64,000 nucleotides of DNA from Chiloscyllium plagiosum (Eukaryota), in assembly GCF_004010195.1 (NCBI RefSeq), contig NC_057720.1, forward strand, positions 3,765,938-3,829,937. Reading direction: 5' to 3'. The notes below the pieces were generated by a model that saw only the letters and a program-made list of their open reading frames with translations, had not been told where the DNA came from and made no database searches. Positions within the stretch are counted from its first letter, which is position 1; each line of letters starts with the position of its first letter. This document shows, in pieces, positions 13,737 through 27,439 of this stretch. The translations under genes and the position numbers were made by a program.

Positions 13737-14719
13737 ATAGCTGCTGTGCTATTTTGGAGGGCAGTTAAGATCAACCATATTTCAGTCGATCCATACTCAA
13801 ATGTAGACCAGACTGGGTAAGGATAGCAGATTTTCTTCCTGAACCAGATGGGTTATTAATAAACAGCGACGGTTGGGTGGACATTGGGAATCAGTTTCGC
13901 TCAGTTGGCTGGATGGTTGGGTTGCAGTGCAGTGTGGGTTCAAGTCCTGAGGTTACCGTGAAGGACTCTCCTTCTCAACCTCTCCCCTCACCTGAGACAT
14001 GTTTGCAGTTTGGCTAAAGCACCACCAGCTGTCTCTCAATCTAACAAGAGAGCTGCCATATGATCTGCTAAGATTATAATAACATCTACATTGTCATCAT
14101 GAGACCAGCTTTTAATTCCAGATATTTACTGTAATCAAATTTCACTATGGTGGGATTATGAACTCAGGTCCCCAAAACATTACCTGGGTCAACAGTCCAG
14201 TGATAATACCACAAAGCCATCGCCTCCCTCCCAGTGAATTGGAGCATTGATAAGCAATGAGCCATTCTCACTGTGCAAACGTTCCAGCCCCTATTCTGCA
14301 ATTTTTTTTTCTAATTGTGGTTAACTGCAGGACTTATACTTTACCACCACCTTCTTCAGGGGCAATTAGGGATGGGCGGCAAATGCTGACCCCGCCAGCA
14401 ATATCCATATCCCATGAATGAAGGAAGAAAACAAAATGCTGCTGATTCACAGCACAAAACGTGGTGGAAAACAACCAGGAAACCCGTGAACTGATCTCTA
14501 AATTGAGGCAGAAGGAGGAGGATTCACTTTCCAATATCACAGAACGAGAATGCATTCCTCTTCACTCCAAGGGTTGGCTGGGTTTACAGAGTGCCACAGT
14601 CCCATGTGGGGGAGGCAGTGAGGGAACTCATCTGCAATGCCCTGAGGCAATTGTCCCTGGAAGCGTGTTAATTGTGTTGTGTCGAGATTCACATCACATA
14701 CATCCATTACATATTGAAA

Positions 14720-16115
14720 TAGAATTAGGCCATTCAGCCCACTGAATCTGGTCTGCCATTCGATTATGGTTGACATGTTTCTCTCCTGCCTTTTCCCCGA
14801 ATCCTCAATCCCCTTACTAGTCAAGAAACTATCTATCTCCGTCGTAAACACAGTCAATGACTTGGTCTCCACAGCTCTCCACGTTCCACAGCTTCGAGAC
14901 TCTCTGCCTGAAGAAATTCTTCCTCATCTCAGTTTTGAAGGTCATCCCTTCATGCTGAGGCTGTGCCCCCAGGTCCTGGTCTCTCTTACTATTGGAAACA
15001 TCTTCTCCACGTCCACTCTATTCAGGTCCCTCAGTATTCTGTAAGTGTCAAACAGATTCCCCTCATCCTTCTAAACTTCATCACGTATTGACCCAGAGTC
15101 CTCAACAGCTCCTCATATGACAAGTCCTTCATCCCTGGGATCATTTCTGTAAACCTCCTCTGGACCCCCTCCAACACCAGCACATCCTTCCTTAGATACA
15201 GGGCCCAAACTGCTCACAGTATTCCAAGTGCAGTCTGATCAGAGCCTTATACAGCCTCAACGGTACATCCCTGCTCTTGTATTCTAGCCTTCTTGAAATG
15301 ATCGTCAATACTGTATTTGCCTTCCCGCTGCCAACTGAACCTGCAAGTTAACTTTAAGAGACTCCTGAACTCAGACTCCCAAGACCATGTGTGTTTCACA
15401 ATTTTGAAGCCTTTCCCTGTTTTGAAAATAGTTTATGTCTCTACTCTTCTTACCAACATGCATAACCTCACACTTTCCCACATTTTACTCCAACTGCCAC
15501 TTCTTTGCCCACCTTAATGCTGAATTATAATGGACTCTAAAATCTTACCAATGACAGGGGTCAGGCTGTAACATCTGTTGTTAGTCTCCATCCATTTTGA
15601 AACAACAATGTTACATTAGCCACTTTTCAGTCTTCTGGGACCCTCCCTGACTCCATTGATTCCTAAAAGATCACGACCAATGGTGCTACAATCTCATTAG
15701 CTTTCTCCTTCATACCCTGCGGTTTAGTCCATCTGGCCCAGGTGATTTATCTATCTTCATACCTTTCCGCCTCTCCAGCGCCTTCTCCTTAGTGATGGTC
15801 ATTGCAGTCACTTCTGCCCCCTGACTCTTCTGAAGGTCTAGTTTGCTGCTGGTGTCTTTCACTGTGAAAACTGATGCAAGTTGCCTATTCAGTACCTACC
15901 ATTTCTTTGTTGCCTATTAGTATTTCTCCAGCCTCATTTTCGGTGTTGCAATGTTCACTCTTGCCTCTCTCTTACTTGTTAGATATCTCTAAAAACACTT
16001 GCAATCTTCTTTTCTATCATTAGCTAGATTACCCTCACATTTCATCCTCTGCTGGTTTTTAAAGGCTTCCCAATCCTCTGGCTTCCCGTTAATCGTCACC
16101 AAATTGTATGCTTTT
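14720..16115 (-). mobile_element. Degenerate CR1-type LINE
   Basis: Same subfamily motifs as 3890-5320, e.g. cttagatacagggcccaaa. Confidence 0.75.
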
Positions 16116-16302
16116 TATTTTAGGTTAGATTACTTACAGTGTGGAAACAGGCCCTTCGGCCCAACAAGTCCACACCGACCCACTGAAGCGCAACCCCACC
16201 CAGACCCATTCTCCTACATTTACCCCTGCCCCTAACACTCCGGGCAATTTAGCATGGCCAATTCACCTAACCTGCACATTTTTGGACTATTTTGCTTTTA
16301 AA

Positions 16303-18455
16303 GAGTCATAGAGATGTACAGCACAGAATCAGACCCTTCAGTTCAACTCGTCCATGCAGACAAGATAGCTGAAAAAAATCTAATCCCATTTCCCTGTCTT
16401 TGGCCCATATCCCTCTAAAACCTACCTATTCATATACGCATCTGGATGCCTTTTAAATGTTGCAATTATACCAGCCTCCATCACTTCCTCTGGCAGCTCA
16501 TTCCATACACGCATCACCCCCTGCATGAAAACGTTGCTCCTTAGGTCCCTTTATAATCTTTCCCTTCTCATCTTAAACTTATGTCCTCTAGTTTTGGACT
16601 TCCCTACTCTGGGAAATGACCTTGTCTATTTACCCTATCTGTGTCCCTCATGATTTTATAAACCTCTATAAGGTCAGCCCTCAGCCTCCGATGCTCCAGG
16701 GAAAACAGCCCCAGCCTATTCAGCCTCTCTCTATAGCTCAAACCCTCCAACCCTGGCAACATCATTGTAGATCTTTTCTGCACCCTTTCAAGTTTCACAA
16801 CATCCTTCCTGTAGGAGGGAGACTAGAATTGTATGCAGTACAAGGGATCCTTAGGAACAGGATTTACATGTACTGTATTTGGAACGAGAAAGACTGATTA
16901 AGGATAGGCAATATGACTTTGTTCCTGGGAAATCATGTCTCACAAAATTGATTGAATTTTTGAAGAGACAACGAAGAGGTTTGATGAGGGCAGAACAGTA
17001 GATATGATCTATATGGACTTCAGGGACAAGAAAGTGAGGACTGCAGATACTGGAGATCAGAGTCAAGAGTGTGGTGCTGGAAAAGCACAGCCGGTCAGGC
17101 AGCCTCTGGAATGATGAAGGGCTTATGCCTGAAACGTCAATTCTCCTGCTCCTCAGATGCTGCCTGACTTGCTGTGCTTTTCCAGCAACACACTTTCAAC
17201 TCTATATGGATATGAGGTTATGCTGCAGCTGTACAAAACTCTGGTGCAGCTGCACTTGGAGTATTTTGTACAGTTCTGGTCACCGCATTATAAGAAGGAT
17301 GTGGAAGCTTTGGAAAGGGTGCAGAGGAGATTTACTGGGATGTTGCCTGGTATGGAGGGAAGGTCTTACAAGGAAAGGCTGAGGGACTTGAGGCTGTTTT
17401 CGTTAGAGAGAAGAAGCTTGAGAGGTGACTTAATAGAGACACATAAGATAATCAGAGGGTTAGATAGGGTGGACAGGAAGAGCCTTTTTCCAAATATGGT
17501 GATGGTGAGCGCGAGGGGGCATAGCTTTAAATTGAGGGGTGATAGATATAGGACTGATGTCAGTGGTAGTTTCTTTACTCAGAGTGTAGTAAGAGTATGG
17601 AATGCTTTGCCTGCAATGGTAGTAGATTCACCAACTTTAAGTACATTTAATAAGTACATTTAAGTCGTCATTGGACAAGCATATGGACGTACATAGAATA
17701 GTGTAAGTTAGATAGACTTCAGATTGGGAAGACAGATCGGGACAAAATCGAGGGCCGAAGGGCCTGTACTGCGCTGTAATGTTCTATGTTCTATGTTCAG
17801 TAAGGCATTCAACAAGCTTCCTCATGGGAGACTGGTTAGCAAGGTTAGATCACATGAAATATAGAGAGAACCAGCCATTTGGATACAGAACTGGCTGGAA
17901 GGTAGAAGACAGAGGATCGTGGTGGAGAGTTGCTTTTCAACTGAAGGCTTGTGACCAGCAGTGTGCTACAGGGATCTGTGCTTGTCCACTATGTTTTGTC
18001 ATTTATATCATAGAATAATAGAATCCCTAGAAATTATTTGGATGTGAACGGAGGAGATATAGTTAATGAGTTTACAGATGACACCAACATTGGAGGCGTA
18101 GTGGACAGCAAAGAAGATTACCTTAGAATATAACAGGACCTTGATCAGATGGGCCAATAGGCCGAGGAATGGCGGATGGAGTTTAATTTAGATAAATGTG
18201 AGGTGCTGCATTTTGGAAAGGCACATCAGGGCAGGACTTATATACTTAATGATACGGTCTTGGGGAGTGTTTTTGAACAAAGAGACCTTGGACTGCAGGT
18301 TCATAGTTCCTTGGAAGTGGAATTGCAGGTAGAGAGGATAGTGAGGAAGGTGTTTGGTATGCTTTCCTTTATTGGTCAGTGCATTGAGTATCGGAGTTGG
18401 GAGGTCATGTTGCAGCTGTATTCCAATAGAGGCTCAACCAATGTCCTATACAGCT
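16303..18455. mobile_element. Rearranged CR1/HER1 LINE with a nested Penelope-derived mini-element and a younger CR1 3' piece
   Basis: Minus-strand 3' end at 16303-16840, plus-strand RT at 16850-18420 (MEFNLDKCEVLHFG), nested pieces at ~17026-17200 and 17211-17795. Confidence 0.8.
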
Positions 18456-18519
18456 GTGGGTCCACATATAGACAGTCTTACTGATCTTTTAGGGGCCCCA
18501 TTTTCTCCCTTATTACTGT

Positions 18520-21500
18520 TTTGTTCCTAATGTTCTTTTATGCTGTCCCTGACTTCCCTTGTCAGCTATGGCTACCTCGTCATCCCCTCAGTATGTTTCT
18601 TCTTCCTCAGGATGAATTTCCACTCTATCCATATCATTCACAATCTTATAAACTTCTATCAGGTTGCCCTTCAACCTTCTGCATTCCAGTGAAAACAAAC
18701 CCAATCTATCCAAGCTTCCTTCATAGTAAAAATCCCCCATATTAGGCAACATCCTGGTAGACCTTTTCTGTACCCTCTCCAAAGCATCCACATCCTTCTG
18801 GAAGTGTTGTAACCAGAAATGTGTGTCATATTCCAAGTGTGGCCTAACTGAAGTTCTATAAAGCTACAGCATAACTTATCTATCCTTATACTCAATGCCC
18901 CTTCCAATGAAGGTAAGCATGTCATCAGCCTTTTTTACTCTCTTATCTACCTGTGCTGCCACCTTCAGTGATCTATGGACCTACACACTCATATGGGAGG
19001 ATGTGGGTACTGCAGATGCTGGGGATTAGAGTCAAGGTCAGAGTGTTGCTGAAAAAGCACAGCAGGTCAGGCAGCATCCGAGGAGCAGGAAAATCGACAT
19101 TTTGGGCAAAAGCCCTTCATCAGGAATGAGGCTGGAAGTCTCCGGGGTGGAGAGATAAATGGGAGCAAAGAGTATAATAGGTGGATGGAGGTGGGGGTAA
19201 AGGTGATAGGTCGGAGAGGAGGGTGGAGCAGATAGGTGAGAAGGAAGATTGACAGGTGGGACAGGTCATGAGGGCGGTGCTGAGCTGGAAGGTTGGAACT
19301 GGGGTAAGGTGGGGGGAGAGGGGAAGTGAGGGAACTGGTGAAGTCCACATTGATGCCCTGGGGTTGAAGGGTCCTGAGGCGGAAAATGAGGTGTTCTTTC
19401 TCCAGGCGTCGGGTGGTGAGGGAGTGGCGATGGAGGAGCCCAGGATCTGTATGTCAGCAGAGTGGGAGGGGGAGTTGAAATGTTCGGCCACGGGGCAGTG
19501 GGGTTGATTGGTGCAGGTGCCCTGGAGACGTTCTCTGAAACGCAGTGCGAGAAGGCGTCCAGTCTACCAATATAGAGGGGACTGTATTGGGAGCAATAGA
19601 TACAATAAAAGACATGTGTGGAAGTGCAGGTGAACCTTTGATGGATGTGGAAGGCTCCTTTGGGGCCTTGGATGGAGATGAGTGAGGAGGTGTGGGCACA
19701 GGATTTGCAATTCCTGCGGTGGCAGGGGAAGGTGCCAGGACGGGAGGGTGGGTTGTTGGGGGCGTGGACCTGACAAGGGAGTGATGGAGGGAATGGTCTT
19801 TGCGGAAAGCGGATGGGGTGGGAAGGGAAATATATTCCTGGTGGTGGGGTCTGTTTGTAGGTGGCAGAAATGTCGGCGGACAATGTGATTTCTGTGGAGG
19901 TTGGTGGGGCACCTCTGCATCTCAATACTCATAACAATTCTGCCAATCACAGTATAATTTCCACCTGTACTTGACCTTTCAAACTTCATCACCTCACATT
20001 TGTCTGGATTAAACTCCATCTGTCATTTTTCTGCCCATGCCTCCAACTGATCTATATCCTGCTGTATCCTCTGACAATGCTTCTCACTATCCACAACTCC
20101 ACCAATCTTTGTATCGGCCACAAACTTATTAAGTAAACCAGCCAAGTTTTCCTCCAAACCATTAACATAGATCATGAACAGCAGAGGTCCCAGTACTGAT
20201 CCCTGTGGAACACAACTAGTCACAGCCTTCCATTCTGAAAAACATCCTTTCACTGCTACCCTCTGTCTCCTGTGACTAAGCCAGTTCTGTAACCATCTTG
20301 CCAGCTCACCCCAATACCATGTGTCTTCACCTTTTGTACTGGTCTGCCATGAGGGACCTTGTCAAAGCCTTTACTGAAGTCCATGTGGACAACATCAACC
20401 ACTTTTCTCTCATCAATCATCTTCGTCACATTCGCAAAAAACTCAACCAAGTTAGTGAGGCACGACCTCCCTGGAACAAATCCATGCTGTCCATTGTTAA
20501 TAAGTCCATTTACTTCCACACGCATATAGACCTTGTCCCTGAGAATCTTTTCCAATAATTTCCCTACCACCGACATGAGGTTCACAGACCTGTAACTTCC
20601 AGGATTATCCCTGCTACCCTTCTTAAACAATAGGACAACATTAGCTATTCTCTGGAACCTCATTTGTGGCCATAGAGGATATAAAGATGTCTGTCAATGC
20701 TCCTGCAATTTATTCTCTTGCTCCCTCAATATTCTGGGATAGATCCCCTCAGGACTTGGGAACTTTTCTACCTTAATACTTTTTAAGACACACAAAATGC
20801 CTCATACTTTCCACTCTATCCATATCATTCACAATCTTATAAACTTCTATCAGGTGTCCCTCAACCTCTTGCGTTCCAGTGAAAACAAACCCATTCTATC
20901 CAACCTTCCATCATAACTAAAATCCCCCAGACCAGGCAACATCCTGGTAAACGTTATCTGTACCCTCTCCAAAACCTCTTTCTTTTAATAGCAACTTGGC
21001 TTAGAAACGTGATACTCCCTCCCGTGAGATCATCCTCCACCAACTCCTTCTCTTTAGTGAATACCAACACAAGATATTCCTTTAGGATCTCCCCTCCCTC
21101 TCTGGCTCCAGACATAGATTCCCTCCTTTGTCCTTCAGTGGGTCAACACTTTTCCTGGCTACCCTATTACTTTCTATAGATTTATAAAAAGCCTTGGGAT
21201 TCTCTTTAATCCTGTTTGCTAATGACTTTTCATGATCCCTTTTACCCTTTTAATTTCTTGTTTAAGTTATTTCCTACTTTTCTTATATACTTCAAGGGCA
21301 TCATCAGTTCCCATCCTCCTCGACCTTAAGTATGCTTCCCTTTTCTTTCTGACCAAGGTCATAACATTCCTGGTCATCCAAGGTTCATGTAACTTGCGAG
21401 ATCTATCCTTCATTCTGGCAGGAATGTGCTGCTACTGAACACTTATCAACTGCCATTTGAAATACTCCCACATGGTCAAAGTGGATTAACCCTCAAACAG

Positions 21501-21700
21501 GTGCGTCCAATCAAAATTCTCCAGTTGTTGTAGTTCGCCTTCCCCCAATTTAACACCTTCCCCCGAGGACTTGCTGTTATCCTTATCCATGAGTACCTTA
21601 AAGCTCACAGTATTATGGTCATTACTCCCGAAATGCTCCCCCACTGAAACTTCACCTGGCAGGGCTCATTTCCCCCAACCAGGTCCAGTATAAACCCTTC
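18520..21700 (-). mobile_element. Long degenerate CR1/HER1 LINE interrupted by a Penelope element
   Basis: ORFs 20256-20663 (HGFVPGRSCLTNLVEFF..DFSKGFDKVPH), 20023-20253 (VPQGSVLGPLLF) and 18588-18836. Confidence 0.85.
18993..19910 (-). mobile_element. Penelope-like element 3' fragment (GIY-YIG endonuclease and pLTR)
   Basis: FTCTSTHVFYCIYCSQYSPLYIG and AEHFNSPSHS; CpG-decayed hammerhead core at 19094-19125. Confidence 0.85.
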
Positions 21701-21824
21701 CCTGGAACTTGCAGGGGGTGGTGTTCCCACATACCTGCTGCCCTGATCCTTCTAGAAAAGTAGCAATGATAACTTGCAAATGGACAATAGACTATGTACA
21801 ACGATTAAGTATGAAAGTATTTAC

Positions 21825-21898
21825 CAATCAGGAGAGCATGTGATAAGTTGGACACACATCCCTTCTGAATTTGTACATGGGACGCCCAATCTTGTGAT
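21825..21898 (-). CDS. DNAI3: DNAI3/WDR63 coding exon 7 in window, 74 bp, phase 0/2
   Basis: Acceptor ttttcaag|ATC and donor TG|gtaaat. Translates ITRLGVPCTNSEGMCVQLITCSPD(C). Confidence 0.92.
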
Positions 21899-23052
21899 CT
21901 TGAAAAGGAACAACATTTTTTTATCAGCAACGTGATGTAGTTTATACAGTGTTACAACAATTACTTACATTTATGTAGCACCTTCAATATAGTAGAAAAT
22001 TTAAAGGCATTTTGTGGCCCATTTTGAGCTCCTTAACTCGCTCTTAAAGTGCCCACTCACTCTGAGCTGACCTGGACTCTCACAGCACCCCTGCCTTCCA
22101 TTGCCTTTCCTTGCTATTTAAGGCAGGCATAAGGCCAGAAGGCTTGTCTTAGCTATCAGCAGTTCTCAGTCAAGTCAAGGAAGATGGTCTTCATTCAGGA
22201 TGTCCCAGCACAGTAAGGGAGGCAAGGGCACCTTCTGATATCTCTCCCAGATTTCCGATGTGGTCAGTCGGCCACTCAGCAGTCAGGACTCAGATCCTCC
22301 CCTCATAGAGAGTGAGGTGCTGAACATTTGGCAGCCCACCACCTGTCCTGAGTCTGTCTGCCCTTTTGTGGGCTGTTTTCCTGCTGGAATGAGAGAAGCT
22401 GGGTATTACAGGGAGTGAAAGTGAGTGGCACAGCAGCTACTGTCGTCCACAGGCCTCAGTCACGTTGAGGAAGTTCGCTTTCACTAGCAGTAAGGCAGGG
22501 GCATCCTCCAAGACCTGTCCAGAGGCTCTGTCACCGTCAGGCAGTCCCGCAGGGTTGTCAGAGTCAGGATCTTCTCCACATAATGGGTGAGGAACTGAAT
22601 GTCTGGAAGGCATCTGCCCATCTTGCCTCATTCTGCCCCATTGGGGGGATTATTTCCTCCTGGAATGAGAGAGAGGTGGGTATTACAGGGATGAAGGTGG
22701 GTGGCACAGCTGCTACTATTGGTGCAGGGGGGAGTGCCCCAAGAGAGACTGTGGGCAGCACAGAGGGCACACAGGGTTAGTGGTATCAGGGATTTGGGGT
22801 GGGTGATGGTGAGTGAGGGAGGATGTTGTAGGCGATAGTGAGGATGAACCTTGGTAGAAAGTGTAGACAGTATAAGAGACAGTGAGCGAGTGTGAGGTAT
22901 TGGAGAGAAGACATTGGTACATTATTATGAAGTTGAAGGCATGTACTTGTAACTTTAAGAGAGAGACAATGCTGTTCTGAATTGAGAGGTTACCAAGCAT
23001 CTGTGTATATAACTAAATGGCAGCCCCAGAGTGTCCTAGAAAATTGAAAATA

Positions 23053-23741
23053 TGTAACATTTGGCTGTGAAATGGATACCTGAGTTTTGGTTGCTGCTTT
23101 GACAACAATTCAAATTAAATCGATCAGTTTAAATTATGTCCCAGGATACTAAAACCCAATTGAGTTTGAATTTATTGTTTTTCCAACATCAAACCAAGGA
23201 GACGACTGATGTTGGGGGTTTAAGATTGTGGACATTTTGAAAATTGGTCAGACAGCAACTGCCGTAGAGAGAGAAATTTCTGGAGAGCTAATTGCCCATC
23301 TAATGTTTTGCTCTCAAAGGAATTAGAAAACTCTGTCTATAGAAGATACCTTTTCATGTGAAGCATACTCACAGTAACAAGAAAGAAGACAGCCCAGGGA
23401 GATCATCAGCCAGAAGAATGAAGACACAGAAGAAGACCACGATTGTGTTGTTTTGAAATTAAATTGATGTAATTTTAATCAGTGTCTTTTTGGAACAGCA
23501 TATTGTTATAGAGTTGGAGGCAGATAGTGAGCAATTAAGAGAAGTGGGGGGCTTAGATTTGTGAATAGTTTTTGTTTAATGTTCACTTTAAGAGTTAAAA
23601 TAATAACTTGATGCTATTTTCGTTAAATAGTGAAATTTGGGGAGTTCTCTGTCACTTATATTTTAACAGATTGCGAGGCGAGGTGAGCGTTTATGGGTGT
23701 TTGGTTTAATTAACGGAAGGGTTCACTGCCGTGTCGTAACA
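23053..23741. mobile_element. Probable solo LTR (~690 bp)
   Basis: TGTAAC...GTAACA termini, flanked by aaata/acata (5-bp TSD with one mismatch). Confidence 0.5.
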
Positions 23742-23811
23742 ACATATGGACAGGAGAAGGTGGGCAAGTTGAACTGAAGGGTCTGTTTCTTTGCTGTATG
23801 ACTCTATGACA

Positions 23812-24010
23812 ATGACCTTCTTCCTACAATGCTGGTCATTCCTCCAGACCCTGATACTGTGCTGATCCGGGTGGTAACCTCAGAGTAGGCCAGGCATGGC
23901 CTGCTGTCATGTTCTCCTCAACTGGTTCTGGAGGGGGATGAGGGTATCCCATGTCTGCACCACTCTGTCTGTAGGAGCCAATTACCCCTGTCTGCCATGT
24001 TGGGGCAATT
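23812..24010 (-). pseudogene. Degenerate Myb/SANT-like ORF remnant, likely from a PIF/Harbinger transposon
   Basis: SEVTTRISTVS / VWRNDQHCRKKV (one frameshift) resembles the R..QCRKK motif of Harbinger accessory proteins. Confidence 0.4.
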
Positions 24011-24679
24011 ATCTGGAACCCCGTAGGGTCACTCCAGACTAACAGGGCTCATTCAGATGCCAAGTGAGATTTTAAAGCTGGTCGGGCCACAAGAGATGGT
24101 GGAGATCCAGATATCCATTGAATCAGACCTTAAGAGCCATCACAATGATGGGGAAGGTTGTTGATTGGTAATATATGGTGAGAAAACTTGCTAAGGGCCC
24201 ACAGTGAGAAATCATTCAAGAAACTCACCACAATGCACACTTAGCCAAGAAATGGCTCAACCCAATGTCTCCCCTTCTTAACCAACATGCTATAGACACA
24301 AATCAATCTTAACACAATACACCATTCCGTCCACTTTATAACTCAAGTTTCCAAATAAAAGCAATTATAATATATCATGAGCCTTCATCACATAATTAAT
24401 TAAAAATAAATATAAATCACACAGGTGTATAAAAGCTGGCTTTCCCAGTGTAACACTGAAGGAGCAATCCAGTCAGAGGAGTTGTTAATGGCCCAATAAT
24501 TCTTTCAGAGAGACGGGGAAGATCACAATGGAACGCTTCAAATAAGAACGAAGTTAAGATTCCAGGGTTCTTGCCAGTATTTATCTTTTACCCACTGCCC
24601 CTACCATTATTTACCTGGTCATTTATCACTTCGCTGTTTGAGTGATCTTGCTCAGCATTTCAATTCCCCATTCCTTAGA

Positions 24680-25115
24680 CGAAGGCTATTAATGATAGGG
24701 CCCTGGGGAGTTTTGTTGAACAGAGAGACCTAAGGGTGTATGTACATAGTTCCTTGAAAGTGGCATCATAGATAGACAGGGTGGTGAAGAAGGTGTTTGG
24801 TACACTTGCCTTCATTGGTCAGAGCATTGAGTAGAGGAGCTAAGATGTCATGTTACAGCTATGCAAGACACAGATAAGGCCACATTTGGAATACTACATA
24901 TAGTTCAGGTCACCCTGTTATTAAACTTGAAAGGGTGCAAAAAAGGTTCACAAACATGTCACTGAAACTGGAGCATTGGAGTTATAAGGAGAGTTGAATA
25001 GACTGAGACCTTTTTCTCTGGAGTGTAGAAGGCTGAGAGGTGTCCATATAGAAGTTTACCAAATCATGAGGGGCATGGATAGGGTAATTAGACAAGGTCT
25101 TTTCCCCAGGGTGGC
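24680..25115 (+). mobile_element. CR1/HER1 LINE fragment
   Basis: Matches other copies (gaacagagagacctaagggtg..gtggtgaagaaggtgtttgg). Confidence 0.75.
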
Positions 25116-25151
25116 AAAACACCATCTACTCAAACATTACTATCTATGAGA

Positions 25152-25476
25152 GGGGCGGCACGGTGACTCAGTAGTTAGCACTGCTGTCTCACAGCACCTG
25201 GGATCTGGGTTCAATTCCCACCTCAGGCAACTGTCTGTGTGGAGTTTGCACATTCTCCCCGTGTCTGCGTGGGTTTCCTCCGGGTGCTCCGGTTTCCTCC
25301 CACAATCCAAAGATGTGCAGGTGAATTGGCCATGCAAAATTGCCTGTAGTGTTAGGTGCATTAGTCAGGGGTGAATGTAGGGGAATGGGTCTGGGTGGAT
25401 TGCTCTTTGGAGGGTCGGTGTGGACTTGTTGGGCCAAAGGGACTGTTTCTATACTGTAGGGAATCTAATCTAATCA
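25152..25476 (+). mobile_element. HE1-type V-SINE, full length
   Basis: A/B boxes, V-domain, tail and aatct repeats. Confidence 0.9.
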
Positions 25477-25479
25477 ATG

Positions 25480-25590
25480 CTGTTTATATCTGTCAGCCAG
25501 GGCTCCCTCATTGGTCCAGATTAACAGCCCCAAATCAGGCAACTCATATTCTATGCGGTCCACCTGGCTGACCTCGTAACAACCACTACA
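25480..25590 (-). mobile_element. 5' half of the short LTR family also at 39704-39881, 32560-32687 and 61284-63264
   Basis: Minus strand reads tgtagtggttgttacgaggtcagccaggtggacc...ggctgacagaTATAAAcag. Confidence 0.7.
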
Positions 25591-25689
25591 TGACTAAGCC
25601 CAAAGATAGTGAATCCGAATATAGTGAGGAGTGAATGTACAGGGTAATCATAGTTAGACCAGGGTCTGATGTGATAGCTACATTCATTG

Positions 25690-26780
25690 ATTATCAAAGT
25701 TTTAACAGCAGAGCACTTGGACTGAACGGAGGCAATGTGGATTTATGAAAGGGAAATCATCCTTGACAAATCCATTAGAAATTTGAGAGGACATAATGAA
25801 CAAGGTTGATAAGGGGAAGCCGGTGGATGTGGCTTACTTGGAGTTTTAGACAGCCAATGATAAAGACCCACATAAGAGATTAGCATGTAAAATTAAAGCA
25901 CAGGGGAATTGAGAATTAGTGTATTCAGATGGACAGAGAATTAGCTGCTGGACAGGAAATAAAGAGTAGGAATAAATTGGTCATTTTATGAGTGGCCAGC
26001 AGTGACCAGTGGGGAACCGGAGGGATAAATGCGAGGACCCCAGCTATTCACAATATATGTCAATGATTAAAATGTAATGTCTACAACTTTTGCAGACAAC
26101 ACAAAGTTAAGTGGGATAGTGAGCTGTGAGCAGAACACAGAAGTGTTTCAGTGTGATTTGGGCAAGATGAGTGAGTGGGTAAATGCATAGCTAATGAAGT
26201 ATAATGTGGATCAATGTGAGGTTATCCATTTTGGTAGCAAAATCAGGAAGGCAGATTATATCCTGAATGGCAATAGATTGAGAAAGGGGGAGGTGCAACA
26301 AACTATGGGCACCCTCGTTCACCAGTCACTGAAAGTAACCATTGCAGGTGCAGCAGGCATTGAATAAGGCAAGTGGGATGTTGGCATTCATAGCAAGAGG
26401 ATTTGAATACAGGAGCAAGGATGTATGTTATAATTGTAAAGGGCATTGTTGAGGCCACACCTGGAGTATAGTGTCGGAGTTTAGTTTTCTTATCTGAGGA
26501 AGGATATTCTGGCGATGGAGGGAGAACAAAGGTTTACCAGACTGATCCCTGGAATGGCAGATCTGGCAGATGAAGACATACTGGATCAGTTAGGACTACA
26601 TTTAAAGGACTTCAGAAGAATGAGGAAGGAGCTCATAGAAACCTATAAAATTCTCACAGAACTAAACAGGCTAAACACAGGAAGGATGTTCCTGATCACT
26701 GGGGAATCCAGAACCAGAGGTCACAGACTAAGGATATGGGGTAGGTCATTTTGGACTGAGATGAGGGTGATTTTTTCATA
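25690..26780 (+). mobile_element. Degenerate CR1-type LINE
   Basis: ORF 26515-26946 reads QRFTRLIPGM..ELIETYKIL..ESRTRGH. Confidence 0.75.
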
Positions 26781-27439
26781 TGTCTTCATAACTGAAGAAG
26801 AGTCATACTGGGCTGGAAACACTAACTCTGTTTCTCTCTCCACAGATGCTGCCAAACCTGTTGAGTTTCTCCTGCATTCTTTGTGTTTGTTTCAGATTTT
26901 CAGCATCTGCATTTCTGCAATACTTTATTTGTATTATCAGACTTAGGTCCAGCTGATCAACCATTGGATCAGAGGTTAACTGACACAAGAGCATCTCATC
27001 TTTGCTAAAATCAAAAAGGCTGTGAAAAAATCTTTTCTGGCCTGGATTTTTGATCACCCTGTTTATGTTCATTTTTCACTCATAGTAACTACATTAAGTG
27101 ATCTCCTATCCATCTTAATTTTACTTTGGTGTGTGTATTTGGATTTTTGAAGGGGTAAAGTTTAAACCACACAGTGCAAGATGTTGATGTAGAAATGCTG
27201 GTGTTGGACTGGGATGGACAAAGTCAGAAATCACCCAGTTATAGTCCAACGACTTTATTTGAAATCACAAATTTATGGAGCAGAGTCCCTTCCTCAGGTG
27301 AAGAGAGAGGGAAGGACACAGAACACAGAACTTATGGGCAGAGGGATCACAAGATCATACAGCTGGTGTGAGTGGAGTGGTAAATAATAAACTGAGGCAG
27401 GTGACCAAGAGTGTTAAACGGTGTGAGGAAATTGTCAAC

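Noticed and set aside
25476..25490. LTR copy truncated right at the same TATA motif, as a second example of targeting
   Set aside because: The adjoining sequence is an ordinary HE1 SINE tail, with no array unit and no AACAGGAG duplication. It may be coincidence.
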